NCBI GenBank assembly: GCA_963843575.1
Contig: CAWJKZ010000017.1
Coordinates: 224,001-288,000, forward strand
Reading direction: 5' to 3'
From: an uncultured Acidobacteriota bacterium
GTDB taxonomy: Bacteria > Acidobacteriota > UBA6911
Length of the DNA stretch: 64,000 nucleotides
The notes under the pieces are model-generated. The model did not search any database. It worked only from the letters and a program-made list of their open reading frames with translations, and was not told the DNA's origin. The translations under genes and the position numbers were made by a program. Of this stretch, positions 1 through 10,897 are shown in pieces (positions within the stretch are counted from its first letter, which is position 1; every line of letters starts with the position of its first letter).

Positions 1-1281
1 CTAATCGTCGTGCTCAAGACGCTGGCGCTGCGCACGAACAACCCGGTGTATGACGACTCCGCGCGTTTCTGGGCCAGGATCTTCGGGATCAATTTTCTGG
101 CCGGGGTGGTCACGGGCATCCCGATGGAGTTTCAGTTCGGGACCAACTGGGCCAGGTTCTCGCAGCTCACGGGCGGGGTGATCGCGCAGCCGCTGGCGAT
201 GGAAGGGGTGTTCTCGTTTTTCCTGGAATCGGCGTTCGTCGGGCTGTTCCTGTTCGGGGAGAAACGCCTTTCGCGCATCGGGCACTGGTGGGTCGGGTTT
301 CTGGTGTTCGTGGGGACGTGGCTGTCCGGTTTCTTCATCGTCGCCGCGGACGCCTGGATGCAGCACCCGGTCGCCTACAACCGGCTCGGCGGACGGCTCG
401 TTCGAGGTGACGGGGTTCTGGGGCGTACTGACCAATCCCGTGGGCGCTGATCCAGTACGCGCACACGATGAGCGGAGCGGGCATCACCGGCGCGTTTGCG
501 ATGGCGGGCACGGGCGCGTACTACCTGCTCAGCGGCCGGCACCGGACGCACGGCGAGATTTTCGTGCGCGTCGGCACCGTCGCGGGCCTGCTCTTCACCG
601 TCCTCCAGGTGTTCCCGACCGGCGACATCCACGGCAAGTTGCTGGCCCACCATCAGCCCGTCACCACGGCGGCCATGGAAGGGATCTTCAGCACCGAGCG
701 GGGTGCGCCCCTGATCCTCGTGGGCCAGCCCGACGTCGAGCGGCAGCGCATCGACAACCCGATCCGGCTCAACCGCGTCCTCAGCTTCCTGATTTACGGC
801 ACCACCGGCGGCCGAAGTCCGCGGCCTGAACGAGTTTCCCCGCGAGAACTGGCCGACCAACATTCCGCTGCTCTATTTCGCGTATCACATCATGGCCGGC
901 CTGGGCACGATATTCGTCGCGATCATGGTCGTGTCGGCGATCCTGCTCTGGCGCCGGAAGCTGGCCGAGACCCGCTGGATGCTCTGGATCCTGCTGCTGG
1001 CGATCCCGTTCCCGTACATCGCCAACACCGCCGGCTGGATGGCGGCGGAGGTCGGCAGGCAGCCGTGGCTCGTCTACGGACTGCTGCGCACGAGCGAGGG
1101 GTTTTCGCACAACGTGTCGGCGGCCAACGGTCTCTTCACCCTGCTCGGGTTCATGGGATTGTACGCCCTGCTCACGATCCTCTTCCTGTATCTCGTTCAC
1201 CTGACGGTAGCGCGCGGTCCGGAGCCGCTGCCCTCGGGCCAGGAACACTCCCCGGCTCCCGTTGCCGGGGGCAACGCTTAG
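1..1281 (+). CDS. cydA: Cytochrome bd ubiquinol oxidase subunit I (5'-partial, frameshifted)
   Basis: Motifs GVVTGIPMEFQFGTNW, LAMEGVFSFFLES, AWMQHP, HQPVTTAAMEG and GWMAAEVGRQPW are spread over frames 10..450, 468..~812 and ~815..1281. Indels near 400, 445 and 812. Confidence 0.93.
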
Positions 1282-1290
1282 GAGATCGCC

Positions 1291-2338
1291 GTGGCCACAG
1301 TCTGGTACGTGCTCGTCGCCCTGATGCTGATCGGCTACGTGGTCCTCGACGGGTTCGACCTGGGCGCGGGAGCCCTGCACCTGGTGGGCGCCCGAACGAA
1401 CGAAGAACGCCGGACCCTGCTGGGTTCGGTCGGCCCGGTGTGGGACGGCAACGAGGTCTGGCTGCTCGCGGCGGGGGGCACGCTCTTCTACGCCTTTCCC
1501 CTGCTGTACGCTTCGAGTTTCAGCGGTTTCTACCTGCCCCTGATGATCGTGCTCTGGCTGCTCGTGCTGCGCGCGCTCGGGCATCGAGTTCCGGGCGCAC
1601 GTGGCAGACAGGCTCTGGCATGATTTCTTCGACGGCGTGTTTTCGCTTTCGAGCGCGCTGCTGATCATCTTTTTCGGCGCGGCTTTCGGCAACGTCATCC
1701 GCGGGGTTCCGCTGGACGCGAACCATTACTTCTTCGTGCCGTTGTGGACTGATTTCCTCCCGGGCGGGCCCGAACCGGGGGTGCTGGATTGGTACACGAT
1801 CCTGTCGGCCGTCGCCACCCTCGCGGCCCTGATGCTGCACGGCGCTCTCTTCGTCACGCTGAAATCCGCAGGGAGTCTCAACGCGCGCATGCGGCGTATT
1901 TCGGGACTGCTGTTGCCGGCCGTCGTCGCGCTGACGGTGCTGAGCCTGATAGCGACCATCCGGGTCCGTCCCGCTGTGCTGGACAACTACGCCGCGTTCG
2001 CGCCGGGCTGGATCATCCCGGCCGCCGTGGCCGCCGCGCTGCTGGGCATCTACCGTTTCCGCCGCGCGGGCAGCGAACGGAACGCCTTTCTGTGCTCGTG
2101 CGCGTATCTCATCGCCATGCTCGCCGGGGCCGCCTTCGCGCTCTATCCGAACCTGCTCCCGGCGACCACGTCCCCGTCAAACAGCGTAACGATTTACAAC
2201 GCCGCCGCGGGCGAGCGGTCGCTGTGGCTCGGCCTGTTCTGGTGGAGCGGCGGCATGCTGATCGCGGTGGGCTACTTCGTCTTCGTCTACCGCATGTTCC
2301 GCGGCAAGGTCCTCTCCGGCACGGAGGGTCATTTCTGA
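1291..2338 (+). CDS. cydB: Cytochrome bd ubiquinol oxidase subunit II (one frameshift near 1580)
   Basis: YVVLDGFDLGAG and GPVWDGNEVWL motifs; GGAG RBS before GTG; continues in ORF 1601..2338 (GNVIRGVPL, YRMFRGKV). Confidence 0.93.
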
Positions 2339-2444
2339 AGCGACCCGAAATCCCGGCACACCGAACTATGGGAACGTAGGCACTCTTTTCCAGGAACAAA
2401 ACCGAAAGAGCTGTCGATGAGTATTCTGGCCGGACGTTTTTTCG

Positions 2445-3629
2445 ATGAAATTCGCCTACTTGACCACATACGATGCGAAGGACTGCCACAACTGGTCGGG
2501 CACAGCCACCCACATGGCGCGCGCCTTCCAGAGACAGGGGGTGGACGTCCATTTCGTCGGCAACCTCGGCGGCACGTCGCACGGGCTTCGGTTGGCCAAG
2601 GAGTTCGTCTACTCCCGGATCCTGGGGCAGCGCTACCTGCCGGAAAGAAGCCCTCTCCATCTGAAATCCTGTGCCCGCATCGCCTCCCGCCGCCTCTTGC
2701 GCCTGGATCCCGACATCGTTTTCAGCCCCGGCTCGCTCCCCGTCGCCTGTCTCGACACGCGCGTTCCCGTCGTCTTCTGGACGGATGCCACCTTCGCGGG
2801 AATGGTCGACTACTACCCGACCTACACCGGGCTGTGTCGTGAAACCGTGCGGAACGGCAACCGTATGGAGCAGGCCGCCCTCGACAGGTGCGCCCTGGCT
2901 GTCTATTCCTCCGAGTGGGCGGCAAAGACGGCGCTGAAGCGCTACCGGGTCGCGCCGGAGAAGGTGAGGGTCGTCCCGTTCGGGGCCAACCTCGAATGCA
3001 GCCCGTCGACTGCGGAGGTCGAGGAAGCTCTCCGGGAGCGCCCGCGTGCAACCTGCAGACTGCTGCTGATCGGCGTCAACGAGACACGGAAGGGCACCGA
3101 CATCGCCCTGCAGGTTGCGGCGGAATTGAACGCCCGTGGGCTCCCTGCCCAGCTGACCCTCGTGGGAGCCAGGCCTGCGGGCATCCTGCCCGATTACGTT
3201 CACTCGACGGGATATATCGACAAGGGGACGCCGCGCGGGCACGCGGAACTCGTGCGACTCCTGGCGCGCGCGCACTTCCTGCTCGGCCCCTCGCGGGCAG
3301 ACTGCACGCCGATCGCCTTCTGCGAGGCGAATGCGTTCGGGGTACCGTGCCTGGCGCGCGATACCGGTGGGGTCGGCTCACTGATCCGCAACGGCGTCAA
3401 CGGCTATCTCTTCGGAGCCGCCGCGCGCGCGGCGGCATACGCCGATTGCATCGAGTCCCTGATGCGGGACAACGGACGGTACCGTGAACTGGCCCGGTCT
3501 GCGCACGAGTGCTACCGGTCGCGGCTGAACTGGGACACCGCGGTGTGCGAGGTCCTGAGACACATCCGGGAGTTACCGACGACACGCTGCCGGCAGGCAG
3601 GTTGCGGCTGCGAGCTGCGGTTCGGATAA
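2445..3629 (+). CDS. Glycosyltransferase family 4
   Basis: GT-B fold signatures: RKGTDIA, PSRADCTPIAFCEANAFGVP, NGVNGYL. Confidence 0.85.
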   Translation: MKFAYLTTYDAKDCHNWSGTATHMARAFQRQGVDVHFVGNLGGTSHGLRLAKEFVYSRILGQRYLPERSPLHLKSCARIASRRLLRLDPDIVFSPGSLPVACLDTRVPVVFWTDATFAGMVDYYPTYTGLCRETVRNGNRMEQAALDRCALAVYSSEWAAKTALKRYRVAPEKVRVVPFGANLECSPSTAEVEEALRERPRATCRLLLIGVNETRKGTDIALQVAAELNARGLPAQLTLVGARPAGILPDYVHSTGYIDKGTPRGHAELVRLLARAHFLLGPSRADCTPIAFCEANAFGVPCLARDTGGVGSLIRNGVNGYLFGAAARAAAYADCIESLMRDNGRYRELARSAHECYRSRLNWDTAVCEVLRHIRELPTTRCRQAGCGCELRFG

Positions 3630-3633
3630 GGCC

Positions 3634-5199
3634 ATGCTCGTTCGCTCCCACGAAATCGAAGACGAGAAAACCATCCAGGCGGATACCTGCATCGTCGGTG
3701 CCGGCCCTGCGGGCCTGACCCTGGCGCGCGAGCTGGCTGGGGCGCGCCTCGACATCTGCGTATTGGAGAGCGGCGGGCTGGCGCCGGAACTCCAAACGCA
3801 GTCACTGGCCCGCGCCGCAAACATCGGCCTCCCCTACTATCCCTTGCACGCCAACCGGCAACGGGCGTTTGGCGGCACCCTCAGGCTCTGGGCGGGTTGG
3901 AGCCGGCCGCTGGACGACATCGATTTCCAGCGGCGCTCCTGGGTTCCCGGCAGCGGCTGGCCGATCGACCGGGCAGCGCTCGTCCCCTATTACAAGAGGG
4001 CGCATAGGCTGCTCGGCCTGGGTGAGTTCAACTACGACGTCGAGCACTGGGAGCGGGTCGCGGGAACCGGGAGAATCCCTTTCCAGCGGGATATCGAAAC
4101 CAGGTTTTACCACCTCGCGGAACGGAGGAAACTGGCGGCGGAGTCCCGCGCGCAGATGGAATCGGCTCCGAACGTCCGCGTCGTGCTCGGAGCCAACGCC
4201 ACCGAGATCGAATCGAACGAGTACGCGAACTGCATCACGGGGGTTACGGCCCGCTCCCTCGAGGGAAGGCGCTTTCGTGTTGAGGCCAGGCGTTACATCC
4301 TGGCAACCGGAGGGATCGAAAACGCCCGACTGCTCCTGATCTCCAACCGGATACAGTCGGCCGGCCTCGGAAACGCCCACGACGTGGTCGGAAGATACTT
4401 CATGGAGCACCTCCATTTTCCCCTCGGTGTCATTCGCCTCGACAGGCCGGGCGACGTCGCTCCCTCGATCTACTTTCGTACGGGTAGGCCGGTGACGGCG
4501 CGGCTTTTCCTCTCGCCTCAAGCACAGGAGCGCGAGGGGATCCTCCACTACAACGTCATGTTGGAGCCGAATTACCCGGGGCTGTTCGACCGGTCGTTCC
4601 TGAAGGTGCAGAGCCTGGCCGCATCTCTCGATTCATCCGCGGTGGCCAACCGGCTCGCCGCCCACCTGCTGCGCCGGTACATCACGCCGCTCATGGCGAT
4701 CGCGTATCGCCAAGGGATCCCGGGGGGCGACCGCCCTGCCCCGCTGGTCGGCCTCGCCCATACCCAGGAACAGGCGCCCAATCCGGACAGCCGCGTAACG
4801 CTGAGCACGGAGAGGGATGCCCTGGGTATGAACCAGGTCGAGATGAACTGGCAGACGACGGACCTGGACCGTAGAACCGCGGCGAGGGGGCGCGTCGCTC
4901 TGGGCCGGGAATTCGCGCGCGCTGAACTGGGACAGATGAGATTGCGCCGGGGGGAAGACGAGTCGGCATGGCCGCCCCGACCGCTCCAGGGGCTGCGCGG
5001 GCATCACATGGGCACGACCCGGATGCACGCCAACCCGCGCGAGGGCGTGGTCGACGAGCACTGCCGCGTCCACGGGGTCGGCAACCTGTACATCGCCGGC
5101 AGCTCCGTCTTCCCAACTGCCGGGGCAGGGACCCCAACCGTCACTATCATTGCGCTCGCCATCCGGCTGGCGGACCACCTCAGGGCCTCCGAGGGTTAG
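3634..5199 (+). CDS. GMC family FAD oxidoreductase
   Basis: IVGAGPAG Rossmann motif, LATGGIENARLLL, GRYFMEH, HHMGTTRM, GSSVFPT..PTVTI. Confidence 0.9.
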   Translation: MLVRSHEIEDEKTIQADTCIVGAGPAGLTLARELAGARLDICVLESGGLAPELQTQSLARAANIGLPYYPLHANRQRAFGGTLRLWAGWSRPLDDIDFQRRSWVPGSGWPIDRAALVPYYKRAHRLLGLGEFNYDVEHWERVAGTGRIPFQRDIETRFYHLAERRKLAAESRAQMESAPNVRVVLGANATEIESNEYANCITGVTARSLEGRRFRVEARRYILATGGIENARLLLISNRIQSAGLGNAHDVVGRYFMEHLHFPLGVIRLDRPGDVAPSIYFRTGRPVTARLFLSPQAQEREGILHYNVMLEPNYPGLFDRSFLKVQSLAASLDSSAVANRLAAHLLRRYITPLMAIAYRQGIPGGDRPAPLVGLAHTQEQAPNPDSRVTLSTERDALGMNQVEMNWQTTDLDRRTAARGRVALGREFARAELGQMRLRRGEDESAWPPRPLQGLRGHHMGTTRMHANPREGVVDEHCRVHGVGNLYIAGSSVFPTAGAGTPTVTIIALAIRLADHLRASEG

Positions 5200-5228
5200 G
5201 CCCTTCAGTTCACGAAACGGGACCACCC

Positions 5229-6452
5229 ATGGCTTCCAGGATCCTGGTCATCTGCGCAGCACTACCGCCGCAACAGACTCCAGAGGCGGACCACACGTGG
5301 GAGATCTGCCGGCGACTGGCGGCGCAAGGCATGGATATACATGTGCTGACCACACGCGGCAACGGCCTGCCCGGCAGCCCCTACACGCTTTACCCCGTCA
5401 TGCGGGACTGGACGTGGCCCGAGGTTCCCCGGCTGGCCAGCGTGCTGCGCCGGTGCTCGCCCGATGCCGTCTTCCTGGATTATGTCGCCTGGATGTACCA
5501 CGACCACCCGATGATTACGTTTGCACCGGCGATCACGAAGGCCCTCAAGCCCTCCACCCGCTTCGTGACGCAGTTTGAAAATGTCGTCCCGCCCCGGTCG
5601 CACTCCCGCAACATCCCCAGGCGCGTCGCCCGGGAATTGGCCAATATCTTCGCCGGCAGGAAGGACATGGATCCTGTTTTCGGCACGCTGCTTCGCGACA
5701 GCAACAGCATCGTCGTCCTGAGCGACGTCCACCGACAGAGGCTGGCCGAGCGGCCGGGCCGCGTCGACCGACGGTGGGTCCTGCTCCCACCCCCGCCCCT
5801 GATGCGCATCGCGCCCCCTTCCCCCGAAGACCGCCTCCGACTGCGGGCGCGTCATCGGATCGACGAGGAGACGTTCCTGCTCGTTTACTTTGGCTACCTC
5901 TATCCCGGGAAGGGGATCGACAACCTCCTTCAGGCGATGCAGGCACTGGTGAACGAAGGGAGGAGGCTCCACCTTGCGGTGCTCGGAACGGAAGCTCACC
6001 CACTGCTCGGGATTCATCCGACCTATGCCTCCGACATGGTTCGATACGCCAGGGAGCGCGGGTTGGAAAACCGCGTGACCTGGGCAGGAACCTATCGGTG
6101 GCGCAGCGACGACGTCTCTCCCTGGTTGCGCGCAGCCGACGCCTGCGTGCTGCCACACGATTACGGCATTCAGTTGAACAACCGGGCGCTGGCGGCCGTG
6201 AGCGCCCACGGGCTTCCTACCGCCGCAATCCGCGGGAAGATCAGGGAGGACGCCCTGCGTGATCGCGAAAACCTGCTCCTCGGTCCCCCGCACGCTCCGG
6301 AGAGCCTTGCACAGATGCTTCGGTGCCTGATGGACAGTCCCGAACTGCGACGGACGCTGAGTGGCGGAATCCTGCAGCTGTCTGCCGACTGGTTCGACTG
6401 GGACAAGACCACGGACAAGCTCGTGGCGATCCTGTCGGACCCTCGCCCTTGA
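5229..6452 (+). CDS. Glycosyltransferase family 4
   Basis: MASRILVIC start; YFGYLYPGKGIDNLL and AADACVLP GT-B motifs. True start is 5229 rather than the ORF start at 4968. Confidence 0.82.
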   Translation: MASRILVICAALPPQQTPEADHTWEICRRLAAQGMDIHVLTTRGNGLPGSPYTLYPVMRDWTWPEVPRLASVLRRCSPDAVFLDYVAWMYHDHPMITFAPAITKALKPSTRFVTQFENVVPPRSHSRNIPRRVARELANIFAGRKDMDPVFGTLLRDSNSIVVLSDVHRQRLAERPGRVDRRWVLLPPPPLMRIAPPSPEDRLRLRARHRIDEETFLLVYFGYLYPGKGIDNLLQAMQALVNEGRRLHLAVLGTEAHPLLGIHPTYASDMVRYARERGLENRVTWAGTYRWRSDDVSPWLRAADACVLPHDYGIQLNNRALAAVSAHGLPTAAIRGKIREDALRDRENLLLGPPHAPESLAQMLRCLMDSPELRRTLSGGILQLSADWFDWDKTTDKLVAILSDPRP

Positions 6453-6495
6453 GGCGCCCGAGCCGGGAGAATCCGGGAGCTCTTTGAAGTGCGTT

Positions 6496-7512
6496 CTACG
6501 GCTCTCCTCGAAGAGCCGTAGAACGCGGTAGGGCGCCAAGGGTTTCCCAGGCCCGCCGCACCGCCTCGGCTTCGTCTTCGCACCACATTGCCAAAGGCGA
6601 CTCCCGCGTCCAGGTTTCGTAAAAGCTCTGCAACTTCCCGTAGCTGTTGTCGCTGATGCAGTGAGGGATCCCAAGCAGGAGCGAGAGAATGTGACCGTGC
6701 AGGCGGTTGGTGATCACCACTTCCCCGCTGCTCAGGAAACGACAGGCACGCTCGAGCCGTTTGACGGCCAGGCCGTCATAGATGGAAGAAAGCATCGGGT
6801 GAGTCCAGGAGAGTGCGGTCCGGCTGCATGTCACCGCCGCGGCGAGGCCGAGGTAGCCCCGTTCGGGAAGCGTGGGCCCGTCGAAGAGGTAATCACAAGG
6901 TTCGAGGATTCCTGCAGGTTGCACGGCCCCGGGCGACTCCTTGTCCCTCCGTGAAATCCAGAGCACCGGCCGGACCGACGGCGACCTTTGCAGCGATCCG
7001 ATGCCAAAGCTCATGTCCGGACACAGGAGGGTCGGCACGTGGAACTCGTTGAGCGCAATCTCCAGGCTGCGCCGGTCGCGCACGAGCAGCGTGAAACAGG
7101 GGTGGCGGCCGAATGCCTCTCGGGCACGCTGCAGGCTGGACGTCGAGCAGAAGTGGATCGACTGCGGCAGCTGCACGATCGGACGATCCGGGAATTCCTT
7201 CAGGACCTTCTCCCTGAAGAGCTGATGGCTCTCCCAGAGATCGCCGAGGTTGCCGCCGCCGGTAATCAGGATTGTTCCAGGAACCCGCGCAAGCGCCTCA
7301 CGGGAGTAGGTCGACTGGTCGCAGGCATAGGCAGGTCTGGGATAGCCGAGTTGTGCGCAGATGCGCAGGGCCCCGAGCCAGATTGCCGTGTCCCCGGGGT
7401 TCGCGTATCCCGGCCGGTCGAGCAGGCTGATGCAGGGCGTCCCCGTGAGCAAGGGCCGCAGCGCGGACACCAGAAGACCCTGCAATCTGGCGACGAGGTT
7501 CGCGGTCTCCAT
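6496..7512 (-). CDS. Polysaccharide pyruvyl transferase family protein
   Basis: NPGDTAIWLG, GGGNLGDLW, QLPQSIHF, VRDRRS, CPDM, VITNRLHGHI and DNSYGK motifs. Confidence 0.88.
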   Translation of the reverse strand: METANLVARLQGLLVSALRPLLTGTPCISLLDRPGYANPGDTAIWLGALRICAQLGYPRPAYACDQSTYSREALARVPGTILITGGGNLGDLWESHQLFREKVLKEFPDRPIVQLPQSIHFCSTSSLQRAREAFGRHPCFTLLVRDRRSLEIALNEFHVPTLLCPDMSFGIGSLQRSPSVRPVLWISRRDKESPGAVQPAGILEPCDYLFDGPTLPERGYLGLAAAVTCSRTALSWTHPMLSSIYDGLAVKRLERACRFLSSGEVVITNRLHGHILSLLLGIPHCISDNSYGKLQSFYETWTRESPLAMWCEDEAEAVRRAWETLGALPRSTALRGEP

Positions 7513-7651
7513 CGTGCGTGACTCAGCCAGCAAAAGTCCTCGAGTGGGTCCGGGCTTCAGCCCGGTGGTTCTTCGCGGTCGCCAGGTAGCGCAGACCGGC
7601 ATCTGATCGGGCAGCCGATCGGGGAAACCGTTTCGCGCCGGAAACGAACGG

Positions 7652-8704
7652 CTACATGCTCGATGCAGCTTGCTTCTTCGCTTCGGCGAGAATCCCCTTC
7701 ATGTATTCGGCCGCGAGCTGCGCGTTCTTGTCGACGAACTCGATGCCCACGGTCTGGCCGTTTACCTTGGGCAGGGGATGACACAGTTCGAAGCCGGCAT
7801 ATCCGCGGTAGCCGATCTCGAGGAGGCCCAGCATCTCCGCGAGGCAATGCTCGTCTCCCTTCAGCGCGATCTTGCCGTCGGGCGTCTTGTCGTATTCGCC
7901 GCCGAAGTGCCACAACGACTGCAGCGGGCCGACTTCGACCGTGGCTTTCCGGATGGCCTCGTCGTCCAGCGTATGTTCCAGACGGGCGTCGAAACATACC
8001 TTGAGATGAGGGGACCCCACGTCCTTCACCATGCGTAGGCAGTCCTTGTATCCCTTGATGACCGGAACGTGGTTCTGCAGCGCGAGCGTGACGCCCACCT
8101 CCCCGGCGTAGCGGGCGGCCTCCGCTATCGTCTCGCGGCACCAAGCCCAGGTCTGATCCTCTGAAAACTCCTGGTGGACGTGCTTCCAAGTGGACTGTGC
8201 GATGTCGTAGCGCGAGCCGCCCTCGGGCACCATCGTCACGCCCGGCCAGGCCAGGAACACGCGCATGACCTTCGCCCCGAGGTCTGCCGTCATCCGGATC
8301 AGCTCCCTCGCATAGACCAGCTGGGATTCGCGATGCTCGGGTATGGGGCTGCTGAAGTCGTTATTGCCGGCGACGGCATAAATCTCGATGCCCTGGTCGG
8401 CCGCCATCTTGCGCAGTTGCTGGCAACGACTCTTGGGCATGTCGAGAGGGTTGCCGTGCGGCCTTTTCCCGTCGATCTCGACACCCTGGTAGCCGAACTT
8501 CCTGGCCCGCTGAATCACCTGTTCGACCGTCAGCGCGTCGCCACGGTACCAGACTCCCAGGTAAGTAATGCTGTACAGGCCGACTTTTACGTCCGCCACA
8601 GGCGCGGCGGCACGGATCGTTCCCTGTGCGCCCAGCGCCCCGGCGGTGATTACGGCGGCTCGCGCAAAGTCGCGCCGGCTCATGAGATTTGTTCTCGGTT
8701 GCAT
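7652..8704 (-). CDS. Tat-signal sugar phosphate isomerase/epimerase (xylose isomerase-like TIM barrel)
   Basis: SRRDF twin-arginine signal; GYQGVEI, LALQNH, KVCFD and GYRGYAGFE motifs. Confidence 0.8.
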   Translation of the reverse strand: MQPRTNLMSRRDFARAAVITAGALGAQGTIRAAAPVADVKVGLYSITYLGVWYRGDALTVEQVIQRARKFGYQGVEIDGKRPHGNPLDMPKSRCQQLRKMAADQGIEIYAVAGNNDFSSPIPEHRESQLVYARELIRMTADLGAKVMRVFLAWPGVTMVPEGGSRYDIAQSTWKHVHQEFSEDQTWAWCRETIAEAARYAGEVGVTLALQNHVPVIKGYKDCLRMVKDVGSPHLKVCFDARLEHTLDDEAIRKATVEVGPLQSLWHFGGEYDKTPDGKIALKGDEHCLAEMLGLLEIGYRGYAGFELCHPLPKVNGQTVGIEFVDKNAQLAAEYMKGILAEAKKQAASSM

Positions 8705-8907
8705 ATTCACATTACCCCCATAGTCGGAAATCAGCGTCGAAACAACGGCAGGCCCGCCCGCTGATTCTTCGGCGGTCGCCCGGCAGATGTCAAGAGATCT
8801 GTCGATGCTTCGTTCGATGCTCACCGCGAACTCGACAAATAAAACCCGGGGGGAAATCGTTTTCGCGGTATCTTTGGGCTACAGACCTATGCACGGGGAT
8901 GACGACC

Positions 8908-10410
8908 ATGAAACACTCCGAGACAAACACGCTTTCCCGACGAACCTTCCTGGCAACCGCCGCCGTAGGGGCGCTCCACGGACCCTTCATGATCTGCCGC
9001 GGCGCCGCTCGTGTGGCGAAACCCCTGACCCGTCCCCTGGGACGCACCGGTTACGGGGTCACGACCTTGGGACTGGGCGGGCAGGCCTCGCTGCAGTGGA
9101 CCCCGGTGGGCATCGATCCCGAGCGCATCATCGTAAAGGCCTTCGATCTGGGCGTTACCTACTTCGACACGTCCAACGTCTACGGGCCCAGCCAGGTCAA
9201 CTACGGCAAGGCGTTCCGGGCCCTGCATCTCGTCCCCGGCGTGCCGGGTTATCAAGAGGCGAAGCGCCGCTCGATCGTGCTTGCGAGCAAGACTATGGTG
9301 CGACACGCCAAGGGCTCTCACCCGGAGGTAAGCGACCGCAGCGAGGGGCCGGGCGGCTCCAAAGCGGTCGACGACTTGAAGCGGTCGCTGTCCCAGATGT
9401 TCGGCGACGGGCAGGGGAACTATCCGAAGGGGGCCTACCTGGACATTTTCCAGATCCACAACCTGAACACCCTGGCGGAGGTGGACGCGATCTACGTCGG
9501 GCTCGACAAACCCGACCCAAAAGCCGATCGCATGGGGGCCTTGCTCGCCCTGAGAGATTACCGCGACGGCACCAACGTCAGCGGGTTGAATCCCAAGGAG
9601 GAGAAACTGATCCGGCACATCGGCATCACCGGCCACATCTCCTCGCCCGTAATGATGGAGTGCCTCCAGCGCGACGAGCAGAGCCTGATCGACACGATGC
9701 TTATCGCGATCAACGCGAACGACCGGCTTTATCTCAACCACCAGTACAACGCGATTCCGGTCGCGGCGGCCAGAAACCTGGGCATCATCGCCATGAAGGT
9801 CTTCGCCGACGGAGCGATGTATACAAAGGAGCCGCGCTGGTCGAGAAACCCCCAGGACGTGGTGCTGACGGTCGGGAGCCCCACGCTGCCCAGCAGGGCT
9901 CTGGTCGAATATGCCCTTTCCACCCCGGGAATTTCCACGGCCATCATCGGCATCGGCCGGGTCGACGATCAGGACAAGGAGTGTCAGCTGATCCAAAACA
10001 TGGCTGCCGCTCAGATCGGGCCTTCAGGGCTCGGCGAATCCGACAGGAGGGAGGCGGAGGCCAAGGCCGCGCAGGCAAAAAACGGAAAGACAAACTGGTT
10101 CCAGCTGGCTCCACAACCGCTCGGGGCACCGCGAGAACCGTCCGTCGCGCAACAACGGCGCGGCGATCAGCGCGTGGCGCGGCTGAGCTGGCACACGGCA
10201 TACGCCGCGGAAAACCCGATCCGCCATTATGAGGTCTTGCGCGACGGGCAGAAGATCGGCCAGATCGCTCACAAGCCTCAGACAAGCAAGGCGCCGTTCA
10301 GCTTCGAGGACAAACTGGGGGACCAGGCGGGGCACGGCTACCGGTTGGTTTCTGTCGACAGCGCCGGCAGGAGAGCGGAGACACAGGAATTGAGGATTGC
10401 CGGCGCTTGA
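8908..10410 (+). CDS. Tat-signal aldo/keto reductase with C-terminal FN3-like domain
   Basis: SRRTFL signal; RPLGRTG, YFDTSNVYG, ASKT, QIHN, IGITGH and GIIAMKVF motifs; tail LSWH..IRHYEVLRDG..YRLVSVDSAG. Confidence 0.82.
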   Translation: MKHSETNTLSRRTFLATAAVGALHGPFMICRGAARVAKPLTRPLGRTGYGVTTLGLGGQASLQWTPVGIDPERIIVKAFDLGVTYFDTSNVYGPSQVNYGKAFRALHLVPGVPGYQEAKRRSIVLASKTMVRHAKGSHPEVSDRSEGPGGSKAVDDLKRSLSQMFGDGQGNYPKGAYLDIFQIHNLNTLAEVDAIYVGLDKPDPKADRMGALLALRDYRDGTNVSGLNPKEEKLIRHIGITGHISSPVMMECLQRDEQSLIDTMLIAINANDRLYLNHQYNAIPVAAARNLGIIAMKVFADGAMYTKEPRWSRNPQDVVLTVGSPTLPSRALVEYALSTPGISTAIIGIGRVDDQDKECQLIQNMAAAQIGPSGLGESDRREAEAKAAQAKNGKTNWFQLAPQPLGAPREPSVAQQRRGDQRVARLSWHTAYAAENPIRHYEVLRDGQKIGQIAHKPQTSKAPFSFEDKLGDQAGHGYRLVSVDSAGRRAETQELRIAGA

Positions 10411-10450
10411 GGGGGGGCGGAAGCGGCATATCCGAAGAGAGAAGCCTCGG

Positions 10451-10780
10451 TTATTCTTTGCGCTTGGACCCCGGTCTGGTTCTCCCCTTCGTGTTCGGGT
10501 GGCCGTCCCGGTACACGGCTATGTCGGAAGTGCTCACCGGGGCGTGCGCGGGTATGCGTGTTTCGGCCGTCTCGCTGCGCAGGTCTGTCAGGAGCTTCTG
10601 GTAACAGAGGTCCGGCGCTTCCTGATACATCAATTCCCGTCTGAGGAATATCCCGTTATCGATCGTCAGGACCACGATTCGGTCCCCGGTCTCCTTGTCC
10701 CCGATGTGAAACCCGTATTCCCGGTACCTTGACTGGGGTATGACACCGATGTACCGAAGCTGCAACACGAGATTGTTCAT
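10451..10780 (-). CDS. Hypothetical protein (109 aa) downstream of RRM gene
   Basis: GGAG RBS, ATG start, protein-like composition (YQEAPDLCYQKL), co-oriented with the RRM gene. Confidence 0.65.
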   Translation of the reverse strand: MNNLVLQLRYIGVIPQSRYREYGFHIGDKETGDRIVVLTIDNGIFLRRELMYQEAPDLCYQKLLTDLRSETAETRIPAHAPVSTSDIAVYRDGHPNTKGRTRPGSKRKE

Positions 10781-10897
10781 GCTGTCTCCTTCCCTGAAAG
10801 ACCCCGTCGGGCGGAGTCAAACCCTGTTTTCGCAAGGTCCCGCGCCAGACCGCGGCGCATTTCAGTCTCCCCGAAGTTAACGAGGGAGTTCGGTGCG

